A stretch of 41,208 nucleotides of DNA from assembly GCA_002269645.1 (NCBI GenBank), contig NIVC01004589.1:1-41208 (forward strand), given 5' to 3'. Of the stretch, positions 21,252 through 33,263 are shown piece after piece. Origin of the DNA: Macrostomum lignano (lineage: Eukaryota). The notes beneath the pieces are model-generated. The model was not told the DNA's origin. It worked only from the letters and a program-made list of their open reading frames with translations, and did no database searches. Every line of letters starts with the position of its first letter. Position 1 is the first letter of the stretch. The translations under genes and the position numbers were made by a program.

Positions 21252-22504
21252 GGGATCTGCGTGTGGCTTCTGCAATCCCAGTGCAAATTAATTCAATAAG
21301 CTGTTGCAAGCAGGGGGTTTTTAAAGGACCAGAATCGCAGTTCCATTAAAAAAACTAGGATGCCAGCTGCATCAGCCAGAGTTCAAAATCAAATAAAATA
21401 AGAGTACACTGCCAAGCCTCTCTGACCCACAGAAATTGCAAAATTCTGTAGACTCCATGTTTACAGAGAGTTACACAGAAATTAATTAAATGGCATCCAG
21501 CTTGTAACACACAGGGTGCCAATTTGACATCTTAGGTTCCAGTTATTATCTTAGATAATAAACATTGCAAGTCAAAGTCAATGTTTATTATAGCTTTTAA
21601 GTTATATATCTTACTATCTTATTATTTTACTGTTTAATAGACATTGAATTTCACTACTAGGGTACAAATTATCAAGGAGCAATAAATAGGTCTAATAAAA
21701 TAAAATATTATAGCAATAAAATTTTGAAAGTGCAAGACTGTTTAATGAATTTTTAACTACACAACAAGGATATAAATATTATTAAGAGAGGTCAATCAAA
21801 GGGGGTCAGAATTATATATGAAATGCAATGAAAAAGCAAGAAGCTAACAAACAATACCTAGGAGTATCTGCCTTTCTAGATTGCAAATTCCACTTTTTAT
21901 TATAATATAAGCTGCTACAAATCTACAAAATAGATCAAATAAAATTAAAGCCTAAAGTACAATAATAAAATATTATACTATATATATTATAGTCTATACT
22001 GCTTATATTTATCTATATTTTCAAAATGTTCTTACTAATAAATTAGCTCACAGTTGCAATTTTATTGTATTTTGTTATTTTGTTATTCTGTTTAGCAAAA
22101 TTGCAAAGCTATTGCCTTAGTAATATATTTTATATATGCTAATATGAAAATAAACTAGTATATCACACTGCTTTTTTATTAAATATTAGATAATTATATC
22201 TAGTTTGCTTTTGTACATAAAAGCCAATTTTAGTTATTTAGTATACATCTTAGTTTAAAAATATTTTTTGACAAAAGCATACATGCCATATTAGAAATTT
22301 TGTAATGTTAGAAATTTTTAATATAGCTAGTGTCAAAGTCTTATTGACAAAAATATGCATTTGAGCAATTAAAAGTAACTTTGGTGCCAAATATGTATAT
22401 AGAACATTGAGTATCTGTTATTTTTAAGTTTTATTTCCTTCTTAGGATAATTATTAATAGCTTGAAAATAATGCATTATTTTTTAAATTCTTTTTGAAAC
22501 ACCC

Positions 22505-22645
22505 TGTCGCAGACAGACCGAATTAAGTTGTCTATGACCTTAGCTTTATGTCTTTATAAGCTAAATATACGAGAGCTGCAGATACGAACTAAGCGCAGCA
22601 CAGACGGCTATGCCGTAATCTAACATTCATATCCAAAACATAACA
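22505..22645 (+). repeat. 5' LTR (141 bp)
   Basis: TGTCGCAGACAGACC...CAAAACATAACA. Confidence 0.95.
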
Positions 22646-22657
22646 TGGTGTCAGAGG
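22646..22657 (+). other. Primer-binding site (tRNA-Leu-like)
   Basis: TGGTGTCAGAGG immediately after the 5' LTR; complementary to tRNA-Leu-type 3' ends (..CTGACACCA). Confidence 0.75.
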
Positions 22658-22704
22658 AAACCGTAAAAGTGCAACTTCAATTCGAGCTCCACTAAAGCAT
22701 ACAT

Positions 22705-25700
22705 ATGGCTGATTCTGGAAGCCTAAAGCCGCCTGCACCATTTTCCTTTGATGAAAACAAAGCCGAGAAATGGCGAAAGTGGATCAACGGTTTCAAACTA
22801 TTCCTCACGGCGACTAAGAGAGAAAAAGAGGCCGACGAGGTCAAGACAGCAATTCTCCTCACAGCATTGGGTGAACAAGGTCGAGATATTTACGATACGC
22901 TAGATTTGACTGAAGGTAATTCATTCGACCAAATTGTTGCCGCATTTGAGAAATTCTGCAAGCCGCTGGACTGTGAAACATTCGAAAGATACAAGTTCAG
23001 AATGCGCACACAGCAGCAATTCGAAGAATTCGATCACTATCTTGGCGAGCTGCGAACACTCATAAAACAATGCAATTTTGCAAAACCAATGGCATCCGAA
23101 ACAATCGAAAATGCAATTCTAAGAGACCAAATCGTGTATGGAGTGCACAATCCTTCGGTCAGGGAGAGGCTATTGGAACAGGACAAGCTGACGCTCGAGA
23201 AGGCAATCGCATTGTGTCGAGCATGTGAAGCATCCAAAGTGCAAGCACAGAAAATGATCGGTAAGGCGTATGAAAACCCAAGACCAAGTGTGGACACAGT
23301 TAAAAAAATGGCACCCACAGCAAAGCACCAGAGAAACCGAGTAAGAAACTCCTCCCAAGGCTCCCGCAAGGACTTGCATCAGGGCAGAACCAGTTGCAGA
23401 TACTGCGGAAAACAGCACACCTTTGGTAGTAAGCACTGTCCTGCATTTGGAAAGATGTGTAGTAATTGTAGAAGAAAGAACCATTTTAAAGCCATGTGTC
23501 AGCAAAAGTTTCGAAATAACCCTACAAGACATGTCAGACTGGTAGATGAACATGATGACGAAAATGACGAAGACACAGGAGGCAGCTTAACAAAATCATG
23601 GGCTGTATCTTCAGTTGCTAGCTCTGACCAGATGGCTGGAAATAATGAAAATAAGACCGCTCGCACGAACAGCAAGACAATCGCGAGTGTACTGGTTGAG
23701 GATCGTCAGTTGATTTCGTTTAAAATTGACACAGGAGCCGATGTTAACATTATGTCTGCAAAAAGACTTAGGCAGATTACCAAGAAGGAATACCGAGAGG
23801 ATAGAAGCACACAGTTAGTTGTATACAACAAACAGAGGCTGACAGTTTTGGGACAAATTCAACTGCTTCTCAGACACCAGAATGAAGAAATTCAAGCAAA
23901 ATTCTTTGTCATTGCTGAAGATAATATGCCATTGCTTGAGACAAATACAGCAGAGAGTCTCGGACTGATACGGATACTGCATGCTGTTCAACAGGATGTA
24001 CCGGTATCGGAAGAACCACTTACAAAGGAAGTGATTTTGAAAGAATACGCCAATGTCTTTGAAGGGCTAGGTTGTCTGCCAGGAACACACCACATAGTTT
24101 TACAGACGAACGCTGTTCCCAGAGTTCAGGGTCCAAGAAAAGTTCCGTTTGCAGCATTGAAAGCATTAAGAGATGAGCTGCATCGCCTCAGTGAGCAAGG
24201 AATGATTTCCCAGTGTTCGCACCCCACGGAGTGGGTATCCAACGTTGTGGTTGTGTGGAAGCCTGATAGTTCTGTGCGTCTCTGTCTCGATCCGCAAAGT
24301 CTAAACGAGTTCATCATTCGAGACCGGTACCCAATTCCATCATATAATGAAATTATTAGCAAGATGACTGGCGCAAAGTTTTTTTCAACTTTTGATGCTA
24401 TAGCAGGATTTCATCAAGTAGCTTTAGATCATGAAAGCTCTCTTCTAACCGCATTTCATACACCTTTTGGAGTCTACAGGTGGAACAGACTGCCATTCGG
24501 ATTGAAGGATGCTCCAGAGGCATATCAGAGAAAAATCAGAGAAGAGATCACGAGTCATGTTGCAAACTCCGCAAACTATATTGACGATATAATCGTGTGG
24601 GGCAGAACAAGGAAAGAGCATGATGACTTGGTGAGGCAACTGCTACAGCAGTGCAAGGATAAGAATTTAAAGCTAAACAAGACCAAAGCTAAAATCGGAC
24701 AGCGAGAGTTGAAATTCCTAGGACATATTCTAACCAGTGAAGGAGTCAAGATCGATCCGGAAAAGATACGAAGCATCAAAGACATGCCGCATCCGAACAG
24801 TTACTCCCAGATATCTGAAAAAGCCGCGCAACTACAAAGATTCATCGGCAGCGCAAACTTCTTGTCAAAGTTCATACCAAATTTCTCAGCGCTTGCTTCA
24901 CCTTTGCGACAGTTACTGAAAAAAGATGTAGCGTGGAACTGGGGAAAATGGCAGGAAGAAGCATATGAAGCAATTAAGGAATCACTGTGCAAAGCTCCAC
25001 TATTAGGACAATTTAACCTAGATCAGAGTGTCATTCTAAGTGTAGATGCCAGTAAAGATGGACTCGGAGCCGCTTTGATGCAAGACGGACACGTCATTGA
25101 ATACGCATCGTCATCGATGACTCCTGCTCAAAAGAAATATGCTCAAATCGAAAAAGAATTCTTGGCAATAGTCTTTGGATGTTGCAGATTTCGACAATAC
25201 TTATGGGGTCGGCACGTACAGGTTGAATCAGATCACAAGCCCCTGCAATTCATTATGAAAAAGCCACTGAGTGAACTATCAGCTCGACTGCAGCGACTAG
25301 CTTTGAAAATTCAAGAATTCGATCTCAATGTGACGTATGTACCCAGAAAAGAACTATACCTTGCGGATACACTAAGCCGCGCTTATCTGAAATCCGTACA
25401 TTCATCCAATGATATTGATGATGACATTCAGTGCCAAATACTTGGAGTAGCTCGTGTATGCCTACCAGACAACTTGCTAAAGGATATCCAGCACCACACA
25501 AATGCTGACGATTTATGTCATAAGCTAAAGGACCAGATTCGAGAGGGTTGGCCAGATGCCAAATCCCAAATAGCTGAAGAACTGAAGCCATTCTGGAATA
25601 TTCGGCATGAACTGATGGAGAATGACAGACTCATATACAAGAGCAGCAAAATATTCATTCCTGATTCAATGCGAAGACAAATGCTTCAAATCCTCCATGA

Positions 25701-26802
25701 AAGTCATCAAGGCGTGGAAAAGACGTTGATGAAGGCTACTGAATCTGTATTTTGGCCTCGAATGCGCCATGATATTGAGCAATACATTTCTTCATGCGAA
25801 AAATGCCAAAGTTACCAAGCTTTTCATCAAAAAGAATCCATGAAAATGGTTGAAATACCTGAGTATCCATTTCAAGAGTGTGGAACTGACATTTTCTATT
25901 GGAAAGGGGAAACACACATTGTCCTGGTTGACAGGTTAAGTCGATGGATCTGCACTGATAAGATCACGACAACATCAGCAGAGTGCGTCATAAAACAGCT
26001 GTCACAATATTTTACTACCTATGGTACTCCAGAAGTGATAAGATGTGACAACGGACCTCCATTTGGATCCAACAGGTTTAAAGAGTTTGCTGAACAGAAA
26101 GGTATACGAATTAGGACATCGTCGCCAAAATATCCACAATCAAATGGCCTATCAGAAAGAGCTGTTCAGACAGTTAAAGGATTTCTAAACAAAGCAGAAG
26201 ATATAAATTGTGCATTACTACACTATCGGAATACGCCAATTGAAAGAGGGCTACCGACACCGGCTGAGCTAGTGATGGGACGAAAGCTCAGATATCAACT
26301 GCCACTGCCCATTGAACAGCTGAAACCAAGACAAGTCTGGACAAAACGTGAACTAGAGATTTTGGCAGAGAAGAACAGTAAACAGGCATTCTACTACAAT
26401 CGCACTGCACGAGACCTACGACCGTTTAAAGAAGGAGATCAGGTGTGGATGCAAGAAGATCAAAGACAATGGATTCCTGCAGAAATCGTGAAACCCGATG
26501 TCACTGACCCAGACAGGTCATACAAAGTTCAAACTGCTACAGGTCGTGAATTCAGACGAAATCGCAGATTTCTGGCAAAGCGCAATACAGACCGCAGAAT
26601 GCAGACCATACCAGAGTATTCAAGGATTCAACTACCTAATCAGGATTCTAACAATGGAACGATTCAGACTTACAGCTCAGACACTCATGCATCCGATACA
26701 GTACACAATTCGCAGCTGGATTCTGGAAAATCTGGTGGAACAAAATACATTACACGATATGGATGTGAAGTGAAGCCAACTCAATTTTACAAGGCTACAT
26801 AA
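22705..26802 (+). CDS. Gag-Pol polyprotein, 1365 aa
   Basis: Two Cys/His knuckles (CRYCGKQH..C, CSNCRRKNHFKAMC); protease FKIDTGAD; RT YIDDII; RNase H VDASKDG, EKEFLA, SDHKPL; integrase HESH..CEKC, GTDIF, CDNG, SERAV; no chromodomain seen. Confidence 0.97.
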   Translation: MADSGSLKPPAPFSFDENKAEKWRKWINGFKLFLTATKREKEADEVKTAILLTALGEQGRDIYDTLDLTEGNSFDQIVAAFEKFCKPLDCETFERYKFRMRTQQQFEEFDHYLGELRTLIKQCNFAKPMASETIENAILRDQIVYGVHNPSVRERLLEQDKLTLEKAIALCRACEASKVQAQKMIGKAYENPRPSVDTVKKMAPTAKHQRNRVRNSSQGSRKDLHQGRTSCRYCGKQHTFGSKHCPAFGKMCSNCRRKNHFKAMCQQKFRNNPTRHVRLVDEHDDENDEDTGGSLTKSWAVSSVASSDQMAGNNENKTARTNSKTIASVLVEDRQLISFKIDTGADVNIMSAKRLRQITKKEYREDRSTQLVVYNKQRLTVLGQIQLLLRHQNEEIQAKFFVIAEDNMPLLETNTAESLGLIRILHAVQQDVPVSEEPLTKEVILKEYANVFEGLGCLPGTHHIVLQTNAVPRVQGPRKVPFAALKALRDELHRLSEQGMISQCSHPTEWVSNVVVVWKPDSSVRLCLDPQSLNEFIIRDRYPIPSYNEIISKMTGAKFFSTFDAIAGFHQVALDHESSLLTAFHTPFGVYRWNRLPFGLKDAPEAYQRKIREEITSHVANSANYIDDIIVWGRTRKEHDDLVRQLLQQCKDKNLKLNKTKAKIGQRELKFLGHILTSEGVKIDPEKIRSIKDMPHPNSYSQISEKAAQLQRFIGSANFLSKFIPNFSALASPLRQLLKKDVAWNWGKWQEEAYEAIKESLCKAPLLGQFNLDQSVILSVDASKDGLGAALMQDGHVIEYASSSMTPAQKKYAQIEKEFLAIVFGCCRFRQYLWGRHVQVESDHKPLQFIMKKPLSELSARLQRLALKIQEFDLNVTYVPRKELYLADTLSRAYLKSVHSSNDIDDDIQCQILGVARVCLPDNLLKDIQHHTNADDLCHKLKDQIREGWPDAKSQIAEELKPFWNIRHELMENDRLIYKSSKIFIPDSMRRQMLQILHESHQGVEKTLMKATESVFWPRMRHDIEQYISSCEKCQSYQAFHQKESMKMVEIPEYPFQECGTDIFYWKGETHIVLVDRLSRWICTDKITTTSAECVIKQLSQYFTTYGTPEVIRCDNGPPFGSNRFKEFAEQKGIRIRTSSPKYPQSNGLSERAVQTVKGFLNKAEDINCALLHYRNTPIERGLPTPAELVMGRKLRYQLPLPIEQLKPRQVWTKRELEILAEKNSKQAFYYNRTARDLRPFKEGDQVWMQEDQRQWIPAEIVKPDVTDPDRSYKVQTATGREFRRNRRFLAKRNTDRRMQTIPEYSRIQLPNQDSNNGTIQTYSSDTHASDTVHNSQLDSGKSGGTKYITRYGCEVKPTQFYKAT

Positions 26803-26882
26803 TTATATGCACTCAAACTAAACTAACTGACAATGCCAGTTATCATTTCATTCATCCATTAATGCATATGACACTTCTTTTT

Positions 26883-26895
26883 GGAAAAAAAGGGA
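26883..26895 (+). other. Polypurine tract
   Basis: GGAAAAAAAGGGA directly before the 3' LTR. Confidence 0.85.
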
Positions 26896-27036
26896 TGTCG
26901 CAGACAGACCGAATTAAGTTGTCTATGACCTTAGCTTTATGTCTTTATAAGCTAAATATACGAGAGCTGCAGATACGAACTAAGCGCAACACAGACGGCT
27001 ATGCCGTAATCTAACATTCATATCCAAAACATAACA
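26896..27036 (+). repeat. 3' LTR (141 bp)
   Basis: Identical to the 5' LTR except gcagcacag vs gcaacacag. Confidence 0.95.
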
Positions 27037-30000
27037 CGATGTTTTTACTTTGTTATATTTATAAACTTTGAGTTTTTAAGTTGTATTCCTTAACTTTTTT
27101 CTACATTTATTTTCCAGGTTTTACTATCTGTTATTATTTCTATTTGTTTTTTGATTTGCTATTATGATGATATTTATAATTAATGTTTTACTCTATATAC
27201 AGCTATAAGAGAATGTTTTTGAATTACAACTTGGTATTAGCAGTGGGATTAAAATTTCTAATATATAGAAATATTAACATTATAACAAATTGGTAACAAC
27301 ATGATTATTCTAATATAGGAAATAATCATTGACAACTAGAGTAGAATACTTTAAAAAAGTAGAAAAAACACTCTTATTGTATGTTTATAATATAGTACAT
27401 ATTCCTAGCTAAATTTAGATAAAAAAATAGTTCTCCTAGCTTTTGAAAATAATAAAGGCCAAAATGAAATTAGTATATAATTTAGTATATTTAGACTAGA
27501 GCATTATGGACAAACATACAAACTTTAGAGGTTTAATATATTTAGACTTGCAACTCATTAAGAAGTTAGAATACATACAAACAAATTTTGTCTAAGCATT
27601 AAAATATTTTTATTTAGGCCTATTTTTACTTTTACTTTTTATTTTCATTCTAATATACTTACTACAATCTAGACTATATATGTCAAGAATTTGTATGGAT
27701 TTTAATCACTAATAATAAATAAACTAATAAAAAATAGACACTGAATTCTTCATATAAATTTGGCACTAAAGTAACCTATTATCAAAATGGATATTATCCA
27801 TTCACTCAACACTCACTAAAGTGACTATCACCCTATAATATACTCTAAAGATCATATTGAATGGATGCTAGAATTTATGCCAGAACTAAATATATAATAC
27901 ATGGTGTCTCATATGCTTAACCTGGGGCCTTATCTAGCTATTTCTATTAGAAATATACATATATAGACCTATTGGATAGAATATTGGTCATATAACTACT
28001 CTTAGTCAATAGCAACAAACATGTATATGTTGCCAACAGAAATGGCGAAGTGATTCACAAGGTTGTACATATATAATATTGCATAACAAACTAAATGCAT
28101 ACTAGAAAATTCTAGTATAAATTATATCCTCTAGTTCTTAAATATGGTAATTACCAAACTATCACAAAGTATAAAGAACTATAATTACTACTAGTCTGTA
28201 AGTGTATATAGTATATCTAACCTTGTATTATACTTATATATAATATAAAACAAACATTTTTTTAGATAGCATACGAAACTATACTTTAGACTATAGACAT
28301 TCACATAGTTACTTAGTAAGTAGGCCTAACTTAAGTAAGGACTACAACAGTTTCAATGACTTGCTAATCTATATATATGTAAAAGGAAATTTTAAATTAA
28401 AATTAGACTTGTTTGTTTAGAAATAAATAAATTTAGCTTTCCTATAGCCTATATATAAAATAGGCCTAATTTAATTAGGGCAGCTTTCAATTACTTCTGT
28501 TGCTAACAACTTATCTGGCCTACTAAAATCTATATAAATAAAGCTTGTTGGCCAATACTATTTAATTATAATAGGCATGCATTTCTATAATTGCATGCAA
28601 ATTTTTGCTTTATTTATGCTTTATTTGCTTTAAGTAAAAATACTTATAATAATATTGATAGACTAAAAAACTTTAATGTTTAAAAATCAAAAAGCTATTA
28701 AATATTTGTCTAGACTAAGTCACTAATATGACATTTTAAGAACTTGAGTCTGAGATCTCAAGCTTCTTTAAAATTAATATGCTAAGCTATCTTAACTAAC
28801 CCACGAAACAGCCGGAATTCATACTATAAGAATCAAGAAGATTCATATCAATTTTTATACTGGAATCGGTATTCTGAGCGACACAAGATTTAAAATTCCA
28901 GTGAAAACACATTATAACAATGACATCTATATTAATAAAGAACGGAATACTTTTTAAAACTCAAAAAAGACTATAAAATCAAAATTGCAGCCAGGCACCT
29001 TGTTTACAATTTTTATATCAACATTTTAAGGAAAAGGCCAACAAAATTTGCAGAATTGCTTTTAGGTAAAAAGCCGTAACTTTTTATGACCTTTTCTGCT
29101 CAGCTTATCTTTAGTGAGAATCAAATGCATGTTTCAGACAAAAATAGAAATAATCCTGATAATAATACTTCAACTGGCAAAATTACAACGATAATATCAA
29201 TATGATCTCTTAATTCTGCTTGTGGCTGCTAGTTAGCGCAAACTGGCTATATACATGTATGTTGGTGAAATCGAGCTGTCGAGGGTGCCCGATGCCCTTG
29301 ATTGATTGATTGATACGATAGAATTGTTGATTTGATTGCCGTTGTAGCGAGTTAGTTGGCCTCCTTAGATGTTTCTCAAACTTAGCAGATCTTGTCTGCT
29401 TTGCCATTCTTAGCAGATCTTCTCAATCTGCTCGGTTCTTACATGATCTTCTAAGATGGGATGGGAGGTACATTTGTTTTGTTATTTATTTTGCCAAAGT
29501 GTTCTAGCTGAACTTTATTTTATTTTATGACAAAATGGGACAATAAATTTAAGAAAATATGCGATTCGAAGCTATAAAAAAGATATAAAAAGCTAAGATC
29601 TTGTACGATGTATAGCAAGTCGCCCAGATCTGGTAAGTTTTATAACATAAGTATTGTTATAGCGAAGATCTTGCACGTTCTTGCAGGTACTTGCGCAGCA
29701 ACCCAAGAAGATAGATCAGATCTGTCAAGAATAAACAAGTCAATGTCTTCTAGGGCTGTTGTAGTCAACATACTAAAGACCGCCGTGTGCTCTGCGGCCG
29801 TTGACCGCGCGATATCGACGAACTTCCCTTTTGTTCCGTTACATGTGCACATGGTACATGTAGAACATGTACAGTAGTTCAGTCTTGCAGTCCGTCAGCC
29901 ACTATAAGACCAGACCGCCGGTGCCAATAGCTCCATCATCGAGACCGTTGTTGACATATATATACACTGAGAAATGTGTTCACTAATTAGTGTCCAAATG

Positions 30001-30145
30001 TGTTTAACTTAAAAAGCCAATTAAGCCTCTCCGTTTATACATGTACATGTAAGATCTGCTGATCGCTATACATGTAGCTGAGATGCATCTAATATAAACA
30101 TGATGTAGAAACTTTCCATTAATGAAAGTTCCTGGGGTGAGCAAT

Positions 30146-31010
30146 CAGTGTTGGGCACTTCCGTTACCGAGTAACTTGCAAATGGTAACGCAAGTTACTT
30201 TTTCGTAAAGCGTTCCTTACGCAAGTTACTTTTTTATTTTAGTAACGGAGTAACGGTAAGTTACTCAAATTTCAGAAGTCCGTTACAGTTACTTTGCAAC
30301 AATCGCAATATTTAAATTTAAAACTGAAATGCTTAGCTATTACGCCGGTTGTCACATTTTTTTGCATTTTTCATTCCTAATTCAAAATTAAGTGAATAGT
30401 ATCATTTGGTATTGCGCTTTAATTAATGAAGAAATACTTAAAACATGTTTTGCTTAGTTATAATTTCAGTAAAATATTTTCGCCTTTCATTTTATTTTTC
30501 AATTTTTATTTCTCATTTTCAATTTACTAAAAATTTTCAAGTTTGATTCAAACAAACAACCAAAGAAAGAAATTCGTCTGTAGCCTCCACAAGTCCCTCC
30601 ACTGGCACTGCAGTACACTACACCATTTTATACAGTTATTTATTTTACTCTATTGAATTATTGATATTCGTTTATTTTATCATTTATAATTTTAATTATT
30701 GATTGCCATTGCCCATCGGTCCTTCTACTTGCCTCACATCGTGTCGCCAATTGCTGTCTCTGTCTGTTAATCGGTTAATCCCAATGCCCAATGGCAAATT
30801 TCGGTAACAACAATGTAAAAAAATGCAATGTGAAAAAAGCAGAAAATTTTGTTAATAACATGGGTAACGGAAGTGAGTAACGGACAGTAACTTAAAAGTT
30901 ACCGGGTTTTTGTCTAAAGTTACTAGGCTAACGTAAGTTACTTTTTAAAAATTGGTAACTTAAGTTACAGTAACGCAAGTTACTTTTTTTGAGTAACTTG
31001 CCCAACACTG
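30146..31010. mobile_element. Non-autonomous hAT-type MITE, 865 bp
   Basis: 12 bp TIR CAGTGTTGGGCA/TGCCCAACACTG; perfect 8 bp TSD TGAGCAAT at 30138-30145 and 31011-31018; many subterminal GTAAC/GTTAC motifs; AT-rich non-coding interior. Confidence 0.93.
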
Positions 31011-31044
31011 TGAGCAATAAGTTTCTGGATGCGAGCAGACAGTT

Positions 31045-32092
31045 TCACTTTAGCAAGTCAAAGTTTTTCAAAGTGCAGTACTCTCCAGAAGAGTCGATGC
31101 ACGATTGCATTTGCTCAAACTTATTAATTAGCAGCTTAATCAGTCCGAAGCAGGCACCTCCTTGAGATGCTCGATTAAGGCTTCCACTGCAGCTTCCGGT
31201 GGACCCATATCGAATGACCCCGCATTGCGTTGATTTGCGGAAACACAAAAAAGTCGCATGGGGCCAGGTCCAGACTGTAAGGATGGATGACTAAGCTCTT
31301 GGATGCGCTATTCAATATTTAGCCAGAAACTCGGCTATTCTTGCCTGGACTTGTGGGCCGGGGCGTTGTCGTGATGAAGAAGACCAAGAGTTTGAGTTCT
31401 TGGACGACGCTCACAGAGAGCGCTCAGCACTTGGGGCATGTACATGTACCAGTCACCAGTGACTGTGCGTTGCTGCATAAGTGGCATCGTGGCCAGATGA
31501 CCCACAAAAACTGCCACCATTTGCTTTGCAACGCTGCGTTACCGCCGGAGTTTCGAAGGTGGGGTGCCTTTAACAGGTGTTCACTGGGCCAACTGCTGCT
31601 TAGTCTCTAGGTCAAAACTGTAGATCCAGGACTCATATTGCCACTGGCGATTTCCCATAAGACTGAGTTTGAGCGGCCACCATCGAATCTGCTGAGCATA
31701 TATTGTGGGACCATGTCACTCGAGTCTGCTTTTGTTCCTGGGTCAGATGATGGGGTACCCTGCGGGCAAAAATCTTGGTAATTGTACGAATGCTTCTTCC
31801 CGATGAGATACCCAACTCAGACTATTTGGGCCACGTTAACTCTGGCATCAACTTCAACCATGGCTCGAATGGCAGCAACATTCTCATCACCGTCCGCTGC
31901 ACTCCTGATCATCTTCCAGACTCAGTCTCGCTCATCGAAATTCAACAAGCCACTGAAAAACAGTGGATCTACAAGGGTGCCTCACCTCTGAAAGCGGCTC
32001 ACAGGCGATTGAAACTCTCCTGTTGACGAAGACCATGTTTTTAAAGTCATAAAAAATCATATGGCTCTCTAATGTCCTCTGTTGAGTTCCAT
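31045..32092 (-). pseudogene. Mariner transposase pseudogene
   Basis: Fragments separated by stops and frameshifts: MELNRGH*RA.MIFYDFK, STVFQWLVEFR..SLEDD, IFARRVPHHLTQEQKQTRV, LLHHDNAPAH, HPYSLDLAPCDFFVFPQI, SCIDSSGEY, corresponding to the mariner WVPHEL, HDNA and YSPDLAPxD motifs. Confidence 0.92.
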
Positions 32093-33263
32093 TGTGACTT
32101 GACAGATTTGGTAGGGTAATACTAACTTGCTTTGGGTGTAGCTCTCGCTATATATAAGTTAAGAGCTACGCTCGTAAAAAAGTCCACAACTAATATGGCA
32201 TGATATTCTACTTTACAGGTGCAAAGGTAAATTTTGTCTATCACCTCTGCTAAGTACACCCAGAAACCTATTGCGCAGCCCTCGTATAACACTGTATCCT
32301 GTAGGATTTGATTGCTATTGAATCCAGGCCTCAACAACCTAGAGCTCAGTTGCGTCTTCACCTTTAGAAGGTGCAAAAAATGCTTTTCCATAGCATGCAA
32401 CGGCAACGCTGTTTTTCATTTGGGGTTGCTATGGATTGCTGCAGACATTTTTTTGCTATCCAGCTTTTTCGTAGATTTTTGACGGCCAATTATCAATTCG
32501 AAATACTCAATTTTTTATCTTGAATTTTAAAGGCCCGCGTTTTACTCCTAGAATTTACATATTCCTTCTCAGAGGACTGGTGTAGCATGTGATGTAAGGT
32601 GCATCCTGTAGACGATGTATATATTTCATACATTACATGTGTAAGATAGTATAAATTAGTATTTTTAATTGCAAATAATTGCTACTGCCTAGTATTTGTA
32701 ATTGTGTGCTGTTGCGAAGTACTGTACGTATATTCACATTAGAAATTCACAAGCAAAACTAAAATGACTTCTTATTGTTAAGATCGAGCAACCGTCGCGC
32801 CTCAAGGTTTATTTTTATGTTGCTCTGTAATTTCTTGCATTTTTAGTTGCTAATATTGCAGCAATTTATTATTCTGCATTAGACAAGTGCATGCATACTT
32901 CATTGAGTAAAGTGATGTGGTAGCGAATTTTCTACCAGATTTAGGAGTTCCAAACCAGAATCAGCTGTAGGAAAGATAAAAAACTAGGGCAGTAGCCGTA
33001 CGGCCGTAGCCAAAGATGAAAAAAACAACAATTTTGCTGTACTTTTAAGTGAATTGTGCCTTAAAAAACTACCTGAAAGTTGTTGATCCAGCTGCATCTA
33101 TGACCAGAAGCTGGAGATTGAGGGAGGTTATAGTAGAGCAAGATAGGAAGGAGACGATATGTATATTATTTAATAAGCATAATGGTGCTATATTGAAAGA
33201 ACATAAACAAGAGGCGCCTTTCTGTTTCTCTAGCAATATGAGCTAGCTTTATAGCTAACAATG

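Larger units (their letters stand above)
22505..27036 (+). mobile_element. Full-length Ty3/Gypsy LTR retrotransposon (Mag-like organisation), 4532 bp
   Basis: Two 141 bp TG..CA LTRs differing at one base, PBS, PPT and a single intact gag-pol ORF in the order PR-RT-RH-IN. Confidence 0.97.
30129..32286 (-). mobile_element. Decayed mariner element (~1.29 kb once the nested hAT insertion is removed)
   Basis: Right end (minus strand) TACGAGGGCTGCGCAATAGGTTTCTGGGTG; left end TTCCTGGGGTGAGCAAT|AAGTTTCTGGATG (23/30 match), split by the hAT insertion; transposase remnant in between. Confidence 0.85.

Noticed and set aside
21252-21275. Start of the WW-BAG ORF at 21275
   Set aside because: That codon is TTG; the first ATG is at 21249-21251.
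23037-26773. Small ORFs overlapping gag-pol on either strand
   Set aside because: Shadow ORFs of the polyprotein with no recognisable motifs; no env or accessory gene is supported.
29608-29877. Overlapping 89 aa (+) and 70 aa (-) ORFs
   Set aside because: No recognisable domain and no convincing splice context.
31341-32026. Plus-strand ORFs of 69-89 aa
   Set aside because: Antisense to the mariner transposase remnant.
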